Of a stretch of DNA of 64,000 bases, positions 1 through 12,930 are shown in pieces. The position numbers were made by a program, and so were the translations under genes. The stretch is taken from NCBI RefSeq assembly GCF_963921235.1, contig NC_086097.1:60204001-60268000 (forward strand). Direction: 5' to 3'. The notes under the pieces are model-generated. The model did not search any database and was not told the DNA's origin. It saw nothing but the letters and a program-made list of their open reading frames with translations. Source of the DNA: Mobula hypostoma (lineage: Eukaryota). Within the stretch, counting starts at the first letter, position 1, and each line of letters begins with the position of its first letter.

Positions 1-2231
1 TTCTTCTGCATCAGAGGTATTCCAGAGATCTGTGGCACAAATGATTGAAGGCCTGGACGGGGTGGTCAACATCACTGATGGTTTGCTGATATGGGGTGAC
101 ACAATTGAGGAACATGATCAGAGACTGAGGAAGCTCCTGGAGAGAGCACGTGAGTACAACCTAAAACTGAACAAAAGTAAATGTAAGATCAGAACTACAG
201 AGATCAAATACATAGGTCATGTACTCAGCGCTGATGATGAAAAGGTCAGAGCTGTGGTACAGCTACCACCACCCAAAGACAAGCAAGAACTATTGAGGTT
301 CATGGGCATGGGTATCTTGCCAAATTCATTCCCAACTTATCAGAGGTCAGCGCTCCACTCCGAAAGCTACTAGAGAGCAACACTGAATGGCATTGGGAAG
401 ACGAACAAAAGAAAAGTTTTGACACATTAAAGCAGCTGGTTACCAATGCACCAGCACTCAATTTCTATGTTGTCAATAAACCGGTGGCGATGTCTGTTGA
501 TGCCATTTTGGAGGGAATGGGAGCTGTTATACTGCAGGATGGGAGGCCTGTGTCATATGGATCACGAGCACTTACGGACTGTCAATGCCGATATGCTCAA
601 ATCGAGAAGGATTTACTCACCATAGTTTATGGGTGTGAGAAGTTCCACCAATATGTATATGGCAAAGAAATCCAGGTTGAGAGTGATCACAAACCACTTG
701 AGAGCATCTTCAAAAATCCACTCTACCAAGCTCCTATGAGGCTGCAAAGGATGCTTCTCAGGCTACAGAGGTACACTCTCACAGTCACCTATAAGCCAGG
801 AAAAGAACTGTACATCGCTGATGCTTTGAGCCGTGCTTACCTCAAAGAGCAAAAGGAAGAGTCGCTAGAAAGAGAGCTGGAGGTCAACTGGGTTACACCT
901 CAGCTACCCATCTCTGAGGAGAGGTTGAACATGTTTAGGAAAGCGACCACAGATGATCCAGAAATGCAAATACTGAGAGACATTTCAATGAATGGATGGC
1001 CAACAGAAAGAAAAGATGTTCCAAAGGAAATGCAGAAATACTGGACATTTAAAGAGGAAATCAGCTATGCATCAGGACTAATGTTCAAAATGGCAAAGCT
1101 CATCGTACCAAACCAAATGAGACAGGAAATGCTCAACAGAATTCATGAGTCATACCTGGGGATAGTGTAATGTAAAGAAAGAGCAAGAGGCATTCTCTAT
1201 TGGCCAGACATGTCAACTCAGATAGAAGACATTGTGTCTCAGTGTGCTGCCTGTTATGAAAACAAAAACAACAATCCAAGGGAGCCTCTGCTTCCCCACC
1301 CACTACCAGGAAGGTCCTGGGAGAAGATCGGCACAAATCTCTTTCACTACAATGGTGCAGAATATCTGCTTTGTGTGGACTACTATTCAAAATATCCGGA
1401 GATCACCAAGTTAAGTGACACGTCCAGTCAAGGTGTCATTACCGCAAAGAAGTTGACATTCGCAAGACATGGTGTTCCAGATATTGTTGTTAGTGACAAT
1501 GGTCCACAATATGCCAGTGGCGAGTTCAGAGGGTTCTCAGAAAGCTGGGAATTTCAACATGTTACTTCCAGCCCAGGGCACGCTCAGTCTAATGGACAAG
1601 CAGAGAGAGCTGTACAAACTGTCAAGAACATGCTCAAGAAGGCACAAAGCAGCAACGGTGACCCTTACATTGCTCTGCTTGAATACCGCAACACACCGAT
1701 TGAGGGTGTGGGGTTCTCTCCTGCGCAGCTGTTGATGGGACGTCGTCTGAAGTCCAAACTGCCAACATCCACAACTCTACTGACTCCTGAAGTAATGCTC
1801 AAGTACGTGACAAGCAAAAGTACAAGCAGATAAAGCAAAAGAGCTACTATGACAGACATACGAGACAGTTGCCAGATCTGCATACAGGTGAAAATGTCAG
1901 AATACAGAGAGGAGACACTTGGCAGCCAGCTGTGGTTGTGAACAGACATCAGCAACCAAGGTCCTTCATAGTTCGCACGCCGGATGGAAGAGTCTACAGG
2001 AGGAACAGGAAGCATCTGCTGAAGACAGGCGAGAGGGAGTTTTCACGTACAGATGCACAGGACATTTCCACATATACAGACATGGAAACAAACAACACCA
2101 AGAGTGATGCAGACCGCAAAGACACAGAGGCCACTCGAGAGACTGACACGGATGAAAGTCAAGCACAGTCACAGTTGTATCACACACGGTCTGGGAGACA
2201 AGTCAAACTTCCAGCTAGATACAGAGACTAG
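1..2231 (+). pseudogene. Disrupted Gypsy pol
   Basis: Split into 32-373, 484-1170, 1210-1833 and 1869-2231 by frameshifts and an in-frame TAA at 1168-1170; ends TRSGRQVKLPARYRD*. Confidence 0.9.
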
Positions 2232-2493
2232 ACATACATACAGTCTCACACAGTTTGAGGCAAAGTCACACATGTTATAAGTTCCAAGGTGTGAAATAAA
2301 AGGTTTATTAGTCTATGTTAGTAAAAGAAAATACACTGTTGTTAGAATTGTAAGATACAATGCAGAATACAGTACAAGAAGTTAAGGTGTTTTGTTTAGT
2401 TTATGTCATGGTTGTTGCACTGTAAGAAGGGCATACCTAGAGGCATTGTTTTGGTAATTCACAGTGTTGTAAAAAAAATCTTGAGAAGGGGGA

Positions 2494-2630
2494 TGTAATG
2501 TATTGTGTGAGTATTCATAGCGTCAGAGTGTGTATGACGTCAGGACATGGAGAGGTAAAAATGGAAGCCTAGTGAATAAACGTGGTTGTTCAATCTACAG
2601 CAGTGTCCGAGTCACATCAATATTACAACA
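2494..2630 (+). repeat. Short 3' LTR of the Gypsy element
   Basis: Polypurine tract 2483-2493 directly before TGTAATG; AATAAA at 2575-2580; ends TATTACA(ACA), so the end is 2627 or 2630. Confidence 0.75.
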
Positions 2631-3177
2631 GCCCCCCAGCCCAGCCAAACTTAAGAAATCTTGTTTGGGTGGATGCTGCATGATGTGTTCCCCTGTTACA
2701 AATCAGTAGCACAAAATAACAAACAGCACACAATATGCAATTGAACGATTGAGCTTTATAATTCTTAATTTGACTATATGGTTAGTAAAGAAACAAAAAA
2801 GAAAAGGTCCCATTCTCATGAAACAGTCCAATGAACAACATTGGAACTCACGGTTCCATCCATTTGTTTCCTGTCGACCCCCTCTGAGTGTCGCAGACCC
2901 TTAGACACTCAGACCCTCGCTCCAAGTCCTCTCCATCCGGCAGTCTACCAACTATCTCCATTCGCACCTTCTTACTTCATCTCTCACTGGCAAAAAGACC
3001 ACAAATCACTTCTCTCAGACTCACAAGAAAGAAACAACGTGCCTCTCATTGGATGGCACACATTGCAAAGCCCCTGTTATCTCTAGTCATAACCCAAACA
3101 TTGCTGCTACAGAGAAACCATTACATTAGCAATGACAGATTACAGAGAGGCCATTACATTAGCAGTGAAACCTTACA
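2631..3177 (-). mobile_element. Probable LTR of a second family, interrupted at its left end by the Gypsy element
   Basis: Minus strand starts TGTAAGG at 3177; internal ~33-bp tandem duplication (ccattacattagca core, 3111-3170); no coding signal. Confidence 0.5.
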
Positions 3178-3199
3178 ACGCGTTACACTTCTAAGAAGT

Positions 3200-3300
3200 T
3201 AGAGGCACTGTCAGACTTTCTTTGTGATGACACTTATGTGTTGGTCCTAAGACCAATTCTCTGATATGTTAACACCAAGGACCTTAAATCTCTGATATCC
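3200..3300 (-). mobile_element. Rex1/Babar-like LINE fragment
   Basis: Minus frame FKVLGVNISENWS matches the FKxLGxxISxDLSW motif seen in other Rex1 copies here. Confidence 0.55.
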
Positions 3301-3316
3301 TGCTGAGGATTGATTC

Positions 3317-4378
3317 CATAAGGCCATAAAATATAGAAGCAGAATTTGGGCGGTTAGCCCATTGAGTCTGCTCCGCCATTTCATCATGGCTGATCCATTT
3401 TTCCTCTGAGCCCCAATTTCATGCCTTCTCCCCATATCCTTTTATGCCCTGGCCAAACAAGAATCTATCAACATCTGCCTTAAATATACTTAAAAACTTG
3501 GCCTCCAAAGCTGCCTGTGGCAAAGAACTCCACAGATCCACCACTCTCTGTCTAAAATAGTTCCTCCTCATCTCCGTTCTAAAAGGATGCCCCTCTATTC
3601 TGAGGGTGTGTCCTCTGGTCTTAGACTCTACCACAATAGGAAACATCCTCTCCATATCCACTCTTTCAAAGCTTTTCACCATTCAACAAGTTTTAATGAG
3701 GTCACCCCTTATTCCTCTGAGTTCCAGTGAATGCAGGTCCAGAGCCATCAGACGCTCTTCATATAACAAGCCATTCAATCCAGGAATAATTTTCATAAAC
3801 TTCCTTTGAAATTTCTTCAGTTTCCGCATATCTTTTCCGAGATCAGGGGCCAAAAACTGCTCACGCTATCCCAACTGAGGCCACACCAGTGTTTTATAAA
3901 GTCTCAACAATAGATTCTTCTTTTTATATTCTAGTCCTATTGAAGTGATTGAAAACATTGCATTTGCCTTTCTCACCACTAACTCAACCTGCAAATTAAC
4001 ATTTAGGAAATACTACACATAGAATCCCAAGTCCTTCAATGCTTTGGTTTTCAGTATTTTCTCTGCAGTTAGAACATAGACAACCCTTTAATTTATTTTA
4101 CTGAAATGCATGACCATACTCTTCCAGACACTATATTCCATCTGCCATTTCTTTGTCCAGTCTCCTAATTTAGGTCCTTCTGTAGCTTCTCTACTTCCTC
4201 AGAACTACCTGCTCCTCCACATATCTTCATATCATCTGCAAACTTTGCAAAAAGCTATCAATTCCATCATCCAAATCATTGACATACAGCATAACATTAA
4301 AAAAATCAGTCCTAAAATACACCCCTATAGAACACCACTAGTCACTGGCAGCCAGTCAGAAAAGGCTCCCTTTATTTC
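3317..4378 (-). mobile_element. CR1-clade LINE 3' portion
   Basis: Minus peptide VDMERMFP..KTRGHTLRIEGHPFRTEMRRNYFRQRVVDLW (CR1 ORF2 C-terminus) plus the 3' UTR and cttatg-type tail shared with other copies. Confidence 0.9.
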
Positions 4379-4380
4379 AA

Positions 4381-5716
4381 CGTCAAGAAAAAAATCAGTA
4401 TTTATCACTCTTCCTAAGAAACCTATGTGAATTACATAGGACCATAAGTTTAATGAGTCATATCACCAAGATACTTCTAAGAATTTTGATAATAAGAGCT
4501 AAAAGTAAGATACAAGCTGAAATAGGTAAAGAGCAATGTGGTTTTGTGAAAGACAAAGGTACAAGAAATGTAATATTGATGTTAAGGATACTATCAGAAC
4601 GAGCTATTCAAGTGCAAAAAGATTTGTTTGTTTGTTTTATCGACTACGCATTTGATAATGTGAAGCACAATAAGTTATTTGAAATATTAAAGAAAACTCT
4701 GGATCTAGATTCGAAAGACCTTCGTCTAATCAGAAATCTGTACTGGGAACAAACTGCCACTGTAAGAATAGATGGAGAAGTGAGTCAGTTTACGAAAATC
4801 AAGAGAGGCATTAGACAAGTGTGTGTTTTCTCCCCTGATTTATATAATGTGCACAGTGAAACAATATTACCAAAAAATAAGAGACATCGTGGGAATCAAA
4901 GTTGCTGGTGAAAACATCAATAATTTCAGATATGCAGATGACACTGTGTTAATTGCAAGTACGGAGGAAGAACTACAAAACTTAATTGATATAATTGTTG
5001 AAGAAAGTGCAAAAATAGGTCTATCTATCAATTGCAAAAAGACAGAGTGTATGATGATATCCAAAAAGAAGGAGAATCCTATCTGCAGGCTGAGAATAAA
5101 TGGGGAAAACATAAAACAAGTACACAACTTTTGCTACTTAGGAAGCTGGGTGACATCAGATGACAGGTGCGACATGGACATCAAAAGAAGAACAGGGATG
5201 GCAAAAGACACCTTTATGGGAATGAAGAGTATACTGACCAATACTAAACTAGACATGATAATCCGCCTCAGAGTACTGAAATGTTACGTTTATCCAGTTA
5301 TGTTATATAGCTCAGAATGTTGGACAATATCTAGTAACATGAGGAAAGGCATTGAAGCAGCAGAGATGTGGTTTTTGAGGAGGATGCAAAGAATATCATG
5401 GAAGAAATGAATATCTAACGAGGATGTCATGAACAGAGCAAACACAAAAAGAGAAATAACGTATGAGATCATGAAAAGACAATGTAACTTCATTGGACAT
5501 GTGATTAGGAAAGAGGAGTTAGAATGCATAGTAGTTATGGGAAAGATTGAAGGAAAGAAAGCAAGAAGACAAAGACAAATGATGATGGATACAGCAGCCG
5601 GAGAACTGGAAATGAATACGAATGAATTGATCCACTTGAACCGAAACAGGAGTGTGTGGGCCATGGCAGTCAAAGCTCAAACTGGGCACGGTACCTGATG
5701 ATGATCATCATCATCA
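4381..5716 (+). mobile_element. RTE-clade LINE (RTE-X-like), 5'-truncated and frameshifted
   Basis: EQCGFVKDKGTRN, FIDYAFD, RGIRQ, FRYADDTVL, YSSECWT..EAAEMWFLRRM; stop at 5698 followed by a (TGA)n tail. Confidence 0.9.
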
Positions 5717-5872
5717 TTGCCCAGGCTTTTCAGAGCTGAGTGACGGGCTAATGAAATGGCATCCGCTGTTGACCTGTTGTGACAATAGGCAAATTGGAGC
5801 AGATCCAAATCACTCCTCGGACAGGAGTTGATATGCTTTATGACCAATCTCCCAAAGAACTTCACCTCAGTG
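5717..5872 (-). mobile_element. Rex1/Babar-like RT fragment
   Basis: LDLLQFAYCHNRSTADAISLA motif. Confidence 0.8.
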
Positions 5873-6796
5873 GATTCTTCTTGGACACTGGTATGGCTTG
5901 AAGTAGTTGTGTACTTCAGACAGATTAAGATGGACAACCTAATTTAATATGCACTTTACCTTGCAAATATTATATCTGAAACCATGGTCAATCAGCAATA
6001 GGGGTATAGTTTGTAAGTAAAAGGAAATATAAATAATTTCATTTATTATTTGGATCTCATCCAGATCAAGCTGAGAATGCATGGATATTCAAAGATCAGA
6101 TTATAGATTGTATTATGATTATGCATTTAACTGGAATAAAACTGCAAAAAAAAAGTAAAATTTTATAACATTCAACAGCTGCCTATAAAGCCAAATGACC
6201 ATCCTTTTATGCAGGAAATGAATAATATCTATTTGAAGTTCCAGGCCTGTCATTACACAGCTCCTTTTATTCACCCTTTGCCATTTTCCATGCAGCTTCT
6301 TTGGAGAACCAGAAGAGAAAATCCTTGACCAATTATCTTGTCATGACATTTTGTGTGTGAACAATTCCTTTCATCCCTGCAGCAGTAGGTATGTATCTTA
6401 ACTGTGTAATGCTCACTCGGTGAGCTCTTTTAATGAATTTGAGATAGCATTGGTTTCTTCATAAATTAAAAGATTGGCAAGATCTACCTGGGTTGTGTAG
6501 TGATTGAACTGGTATGGTAGTTGTGGAGATTTTATGACGTTTCCTTCTTTCAAGTTTGAATTTTATGCTGTATTTATAAACTGTTTTTTGAACCAGCATA
6601 CTATGGTTCCATAATATGAATTAATAGAACTGGCCTTGAATTTTCTCAGGAGATTTGGTTGTATCCTGTTCTAGGGCAAGACAAGTAATGTTGCTGAATG
6701 TTTGCACAGCTTTTCATGCTATGGAATCATCAAATCTAACTTTCAGTAGATTTTACAGATTATATGTTTAAGAACCAACTTCCACATAGAAATAAC

Positions 6797-6866
6797 CCAC
6801 AAAATGCTGAAGGAACAGCAGGTCAAGCAGCATCTATGGAAAGGAATAAACAGTCAACGTTTCGGA
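6797..6866 (-). mobile_element. Penelope terminal-repeat fragment
   Basis: Reverse complement of the Penelope end at ~8830-8900 (gaaacgt..ttccatagatgctgc..ttttgtg). Confidence 0.75.
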
Positions 6867-6904
6867 ATAAGGTACGTAGAAGTTTTGTGATATTAAATCA
6901 GGGT

Positions 6905-7722
6905 AAGAGGACTTGATCAATTAGGGAGGTGGCAAAGAAATAGCAAATGGATTTCAATTTAGATAAATTTGAGGTGACACACTTTGAACAGTTAAGCCAG
7001 TGTTGAACCTGTACAATGAATGACAGGGGCACTGACGAGTGTTGTGAAACAGAGGGACCTGGGAGTGCAAGTGCACAGTTTGCCGAAGGTGGTGAAGAAG
7101 GCGTTTAACCTGCTGACCTTCACCAGTCAGGGCACTGTGTTTAGGAGTAGGAACATTATGATGCAATTATGTAAATCACTGGTGAGATTGAACTTGGTTA
7201 TTGTGTACAATTTTGGTAACCCTTTTATAATAAAAAACAATGCCAAGCTGGAGAGAGTGCAGAACAGATTCATGACAATGATGCCTGAACAAGAGGGCCT
7301 GAGCTATAGGGAGAGTTTGGCTACACCAGATCTTTATTCCTTGGAGTGCAGGAGAATGAGAGCTGACCTCAGGGAAGTTTATAAGACATGCGGGGTATGG
7401 ATAAGTTGGAGGGTCATAGTCTCTTACCCATGTTTGGAGAGTCCAAAACTAGAGGGTACAGATACAAGATAAGAGGGGAGCGATTTAGAAAAGATATAAG
7501 AGGTAACTTCTTCACACAGAAGGTAGTGAATACTTGGAATGAGCTGCTAGAGGAAGTGGTCAAGGCAGGAACAATTTCAACATTTAAGAGGCATTTAGAT
7601 AGGTACATGGAAGGTAGGGCTTAGAGGCTTATAGGCCGAACACAGTCAACTGACAGTGACAGGAAGGATGCTGTGGTCAGCATGGATCAGTTGGGCTGAA
7701 GGGTCTGTTTTCCATTCTGTAC
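6905..7722 (+). mobile_element. CR1-clade LINE 3' portion
   Basis: RDLGVQVH, KLERVQNRF, KTRGYRYKIRGERF..FFTQKVVNTWN; gggctgaagggtctgtttt 3' UTR. Confidence 0.9.
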
Positions 7723-7989
7723 TAAGTTCCAAAACCTCCTTTCTTTAAATGGTTAATGAAGGATGTTTCCAGAAAGTAGGTGAACTTTTGATTTCCTTCT
7801 GTTCAGTACTCAGGAGGAAATGTTGCCTTCTGGCTATGAGATTGTATTTTGTCTACTGAGTTGATCTATCAGGAGATGGAAGTTTTGAATGAAGATGGAG
7901 ATGATAGCTGGCAGTAGGGACTGCGCTGTTTGGTATGGACTCATTGAAGATGCTGGCGATTGAGCTACCCCATCCTCCCATCACACTAC

Positions 7990-8945
7990 CAGGGATAGGA
8001 TTCCTCATCCTCGCCTATCACCCCACCAGCCTTTGCATCCAGCACATAATTCTCCAAAACTTCTGCCACCTCCAACTGGACCCCACCATCGAGCACATTT
8101 TTCCTTCCCCTCACTTTGTTCCCTACACGACTCCCTTGTCCATTTGTCCCTCACCACTGATCTCCCTCCTGGCGCTTATACTTGCAAGCTGAACAAGTGC
8201 TACACCTGCCCTTACACCTCCTCCCTCACTACCATTTAGGGCCGAAAATAATCCTTCCAGGTGAGGCTACACATCGCCAGTGAGTCTGTTGGGATCATAT
8301 ACTGCGTGTTGTGCTCCTGGTGTGGCCTCTTGTGTATCGGTGAGACCCGACATAGATAGGGAGACTGCTTTGCCGAGCATCTATGGTCCGTCGCCAGAAC
8401 AAGCGGGATCTTCCAGTGGCTACCCATTTTAATTCCACTTCCCATTCCATTCCAATATGTCCATCCATGGTCTCTTCCACTGTTGGGATAAGGCCACACT
8501 TAGGTTGGAGGAACAACATCTCATATTCCTTTTGGGTAGCCTCCAACCTGATAGCATGAACACCAATTTCTCAAATGTCCCCCTTCCCCCCTTCGCTATT
8601 TCCCATCCCTTTGTCCCTCTCTCATGTTACCTCCCTCTGGTGCTCCTTCCCCTCCCCCTTTTTTCTTCCATGGCTTTCTGTCTCTTTCACCAATCAACTT
8701 CCCAGCTCCTTGCTTCATCCCTCTCCCTCTAACTTTTACCTATCACCTGGCATTTCTCTCTCCCCTCTCCCCAATTTTCGAATCTACTCCTCAGTTTTTT
8801 TTTTCTCCAATCCTGCTGAAACGTTTCAGCCTGAAACGTCAACTGTACTTTTTCCATAGATGCTGCCTGGCCTACTGAGATCCTTCAGCGTTTTGTGTGT
8901 GTTGTTCGGATTTCCAACATCTGCAGATTTTCTCTTGTTTGTGAT
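7990..8945 (+). mobile_element. Penelope-like element: decayed GIY-YIG endonuclease plus terminal repeat
   Basis: 8258-8385 reads as a decayed GIIYCVLCSWCGLLCIGET..GDCFAEHL (GIY-YIG), then RLEEQHLIFLLGSLQP, a pyrimidine-rich UTR and a terminal repeat with a hammerhead-like motif. Confidence 0.88.
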
Positions 8946-10079
8946 TGTGTACAAGTACAGACATTCTGAATCTATTCACTCATAAGTGCTCCTTTATTTA
9001 ATTGTTTACTTTTTCCACCCAGTGTTATTGGTCCTTCATATAAATTACTAACCCTTCAATCCAGCACATATCTGCACATCACTTCAGTCTCTTTTGACGC
9101 TACATAAATCTGCATTTACACATAATATCCAATAATAACATTGTGCAACATTAATTCACCCTCTGTAGAATAATTATAATCTGCATGTGCAGACAAATAT
9201 GCAAATAATTTACCTTTGCCCTTTTTACATGAACTTCAGAAGTGAACAGAAGCTGACCCCAATTTAGTCTTTCTGAACTTTGTGTGTGTTAATTTGCCCT
9301 TTTGTTTCCTGGTCTACTAAATTCAGTATTGTGAGTGGTGACTGATCTCTCCTGTGGTACTCAAGCCCATAGGACTGGAGTCAATCTTATCCCATGGGAA
9401 TTTGGTTCGGATCTAATGCTGAAAGTAGCTTCATGTCTACTATTTGGTGTCAGCAATTCCACCTACTACACGTTGTTAGAGAAGGCTGGTAAATTGGCAG
9501 TAAGGGGTAGAAGCGTCTCACAATTAAATCTGCGTCAGGTCACGCCTTTCTATTTTTTTGTCAAAAGGCGTGTCTGACATCAACTATCTGATCCCGAAAT
9601 CTTTCACTTGCTGCAATCTATCAGTGGTTTTATTTGTCATGGAGAGAATTTGCTTTAACTGAGATGAGTGTTATTAATTACTTCAAAGAGACCGTCACAC
9701 GTACCAGTCTGCGACAAGGAGAAGTATTTCCTGATATTACCGCAAATAGATTCCAGAGTCACAGCTACATGCCCAAAGAAATTGACTGCAGATCATGTGA
9801 GCAGCTGTGCTGTTCCTTAAGCATCCATCTTTCAAGTACCCACGAGATCTCGGCTTCTGATTCTGAACATATTGTGGCTGGATTTCACCTGCACTCAGAG
9901 TTCAGCATGAACAAATCCAGATGGAAAAACTAATTAAGGTCATAAAGCAATACAGCCAGAGCTCTTTTAAAAGTTTTATTAAAATTGATCAAACACCATA
10001 AGTAAACTAAGTACGTAAACTAGAAATAAGACTGAACAACAATAACAAAAAGAAAGAGTAGCGAATTTAACTTCCCCAA

Positions 10080-10296
10080 CCTACTCTGCCATTTAGTAGG
10101 AGTCTGACTAATCTGATAATCTTCAGTTTATTTTGTTGCCCTTCCCCTGTATTCTTCAATTCCTTTGCTGATTGGAAATCTATCTATCTCACTGTTAGAT
10201 GCTCCAAAAAGACTCAGCTCTACAACCCTTTGTGGCAACCTGTACCAAAGAGTCACAACCCGAGGAAGAATAAATTCTTCTTCCCCTCAGTTTTAT
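10080..10296 (-). mobile_element. Old CR1 3' fragment
   Basis: Diverged match to the reverse CR1 3' ends at 3340-3580 and 44900-45150. Confidence 0.6.
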
Positions 10297-10309
10297 ATTC
10301 TTATAGTAA

Positions 10310-10567
10310 TGGGCATCCACTTAAGCTGAGAGGGAGAACGTTCAAAGGAGATGTGTGGAGCACAGTGCGGTACGTGCCTGAAATGCAGTGCCAGAGGTGG
10401 TGGTAGAGGCATATATGACTAAGCTGATTAAGGTGCTTGCAGATAGTACATGGATATGCAGAGACTGGAGGGATAGGGATCATGTGAATGAAGAAGGGAA
10501 TAGTTTAATTAGACATCATTAACTTAATGATGGGCCAAAGGGCCTGTTCCTTTGCTTTGTTGTGCTG
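10310..10567 (+). mobile_element. Old CR1 3' fragment
   Basis: gggcat..ttaagctgagaggg..tggaa..ccagaggtggtggtagaggc..gggccaaagggcctgttcc CR1 3' end. Confidence 0.7.
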
Positions 10568-11371
10568 CTCCAATCAGAATGCAGTTCTATTGCTTGTTGC
10601 ACATTCACAGGAAAAGGAAAAGGAAAAGATGTATTTTCGACCAGAGTTTGATGCAAGCTCCAGAGGCCCATGGTTTGATTTCATTGCACAGCGTGTTGCT
10701 AAATCCTGTGTAGCTTTGGGATGCTGGTGGTTAGCCTCTTCAGCTTTCTTTGGGAAATCGGCTCATTTCCATCAAGACTACATTCCCTTGTCTACTTATA
10801 GTAATTTTGCTTGTCATCTGTAGTGTGGACAATTTTCTACAAACTTTAGTCTAAACTTGAATGTTGTCTAACTTCATTATTTATGGTCTTGTAGAAGACA
10901 CGCACCATTGTGGTAGAGAGCAGGGTTTTGTCAAAAACTTTATCAATGATGTTACCTCCAACTAAGTCTTAAAAAGCCAGATTACAAACTTTTATACAAC
11001 ATATAGTTCTTAAATTGTATTTCTGATTCAAAAAGGATGTTTAATGATGGCACTGAAGATCGCCCAAAGCTATGAATTGATTCAAGAGAATGAGTTGTCT
11101 GGCTCACTTGCAAGGTACAAATTGTCCTAAAATCAAAGGTATCATTTAGAACCTCCCACCAATGATATATCTGGATCCTTTTTCTATCGTTTTTAATATG
11201 TCTGAAAAAAATACGTTCTTGAAATTTACAGGCATAGGCAGGCATATAATGCACCTAATCCAAATAATGTTTTAATTAAAAAATTACATTAAATTTGTCT
11301 TATTCTGGTTTATTCTTTGCCTTATTCTGGCATCTTCCCCTTTCCTTTCTTGGACTTACCGAGTATGGTCA

Positions 11372-11440
11372 CAGGAAAATAAATCTCAAGATTGTATATG
11401 GTAACATTTTGATAATAAATTTACTTTGAACTTTTGAACT
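11372..11440 (+). mobile_element. Isolated Rex1-type 3' tail
   Basis: aatctcaagattgtatatgg..gataataaatttactttgaacttttgaac, the same tail as at 29780-29838 and 47415-47487. Confidence 0.7.
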
Positions 11441-12930
11441 ATGATGTATTCTAGCATTTCTTCATATTGCTGAGTTGTTCTTTGTGTGTTAATTTGGGAT
11501 ACTTTTATCATTTAAATATTTTGCTCTCAGGCAAAGTGATGTGATGCAATTAACACTAGCAGAGAAGAAAAATGAAAACTATTTGTTACTTCTTAAATAA
11601 AATAATGGAGTCTGATCAATTCCTTTTAAAGTTATTAAAACATTTTCATGAATTCTTCTTCCTGATAATATTTAATGTATTCAATATTCAGTACACTCCC
11701 TAATTTGTTTTCTTACCCTCAGACTAATTATCATACTGTAGATTTGTCATTATTTTCTATGTATTGGTCTAATTTCCCAAAGGAGTCGAATCTTACTGAA
11801 AACCCACCTTGAAGTATTCCCTTGCATAAAGGAAACTGACGAGTGGATATTGGAACTTCCTAATATGTACTATCCTTTGACATGGTGGTATTCTGTTGTT
11901 TCAACAGATTCACATTTTGTGTATTGTGCTGTGCATTTCTCAATGTAGGCATTTTGACTTTTACTTTCCTCCGAAATGTTTTTTTTTTGTTTATGAAGGT
12001 TCATTGACTCTTTGTAGCAATGCTGCCTGAATGATGGGTATTGTGGTTAAATCATTTGAACTATGTTTTATTGACATAACCATTTCAAAACTAGCCATTG
12101 CTGATAAGGCAGCAACAGCCAAGTGATGATTCTGGAGCTGTGCAGAACTGATATTCGCGTGAACAAGACAAATGCTGTTGATTTTAAACCAGCGTGATTC
12201 ATACTAAAAAGATAATCTCTCATTCTTCAGGATTTTCTTCTTATCTGTTGACTTCCTGCAGTCACCAAAGGCATCCGTTTACTGCACCTGGGAACATTAT
12301 TAAAACAATCAGAGTTTGCAATTAGTAATGAATATTCAAGCATGAGTCATAGGAGTTGGTTTTCTTACTTGGTTGGTTGCACTTTGGATTGAGAAGGCCT
12401 CATATGATCCTTCAGAAATTAAAGCCTGTACTTGATGTAGACAAAGCTTGATACCCAAAACAATTTACTCTGCTTTCAATGTGCAAAAAGTATTTAATCT
12501 AAAAAGTGGAGAATTGTTGAAGATAATGTGCTTGGTGATGTTGGGAGGGGTGGTCAATTACTTCATACAGCCCAGAAATTTTAAAATTTTCATTGTATGA
12601 TCCAGTCTCCAGCTGAGACCTGTTGCTCATGGGAGGAAGATGATCACATGGGCTTAAATCTTCAGCCCAGGTTGATTCACTGAGAAGAGTGTCTAAAGGA
12701 TAATATGGGCTCTTCTAGTATCCCTACAAGCAGCATTTAAATGAGACATGTGTTGCTGTTCCGTGTCCATACAGTCCACATCAATGTCCTTAAATTACAG
12801 GTATTGAGCTTAAGTAGAAAATCTCAACCAAGCTTGGAACTCAGTCCAGCTTGGTCCCATTTTCTTCACCTGTCATTTCACCCAAGTCCGGAGCGAGATG
12901 TGGGCAAAGAAAATGGAGTACGTAAGCAAA

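Larger units (their letters stand above)
1..2630 (+). mobile_element. Ty3/Gypsy LTR retrotransposon, 3' part (RT end, RNase H, integrase, PPT, 3' LTR); runs off the left edge
   Basis: ORF pieces show RT (NITDGLLIWG, a decayed YxDD region), RNase H (VDA...YAQIEKDLL...SDHKPL) and integrase (HESYLG..CAAC zinc finger; VDYYSK, SDNG, ERAVQTVK), in Gypsy order RT-RH-IN. Confidence 0.95.

Noticed and set aside
1..2231. Endogenous retrovirus or active retrotransposon
   Set aside because: Motifs are Gypsy-type, there is no env between integrase and PPT, and pol is disrupted.
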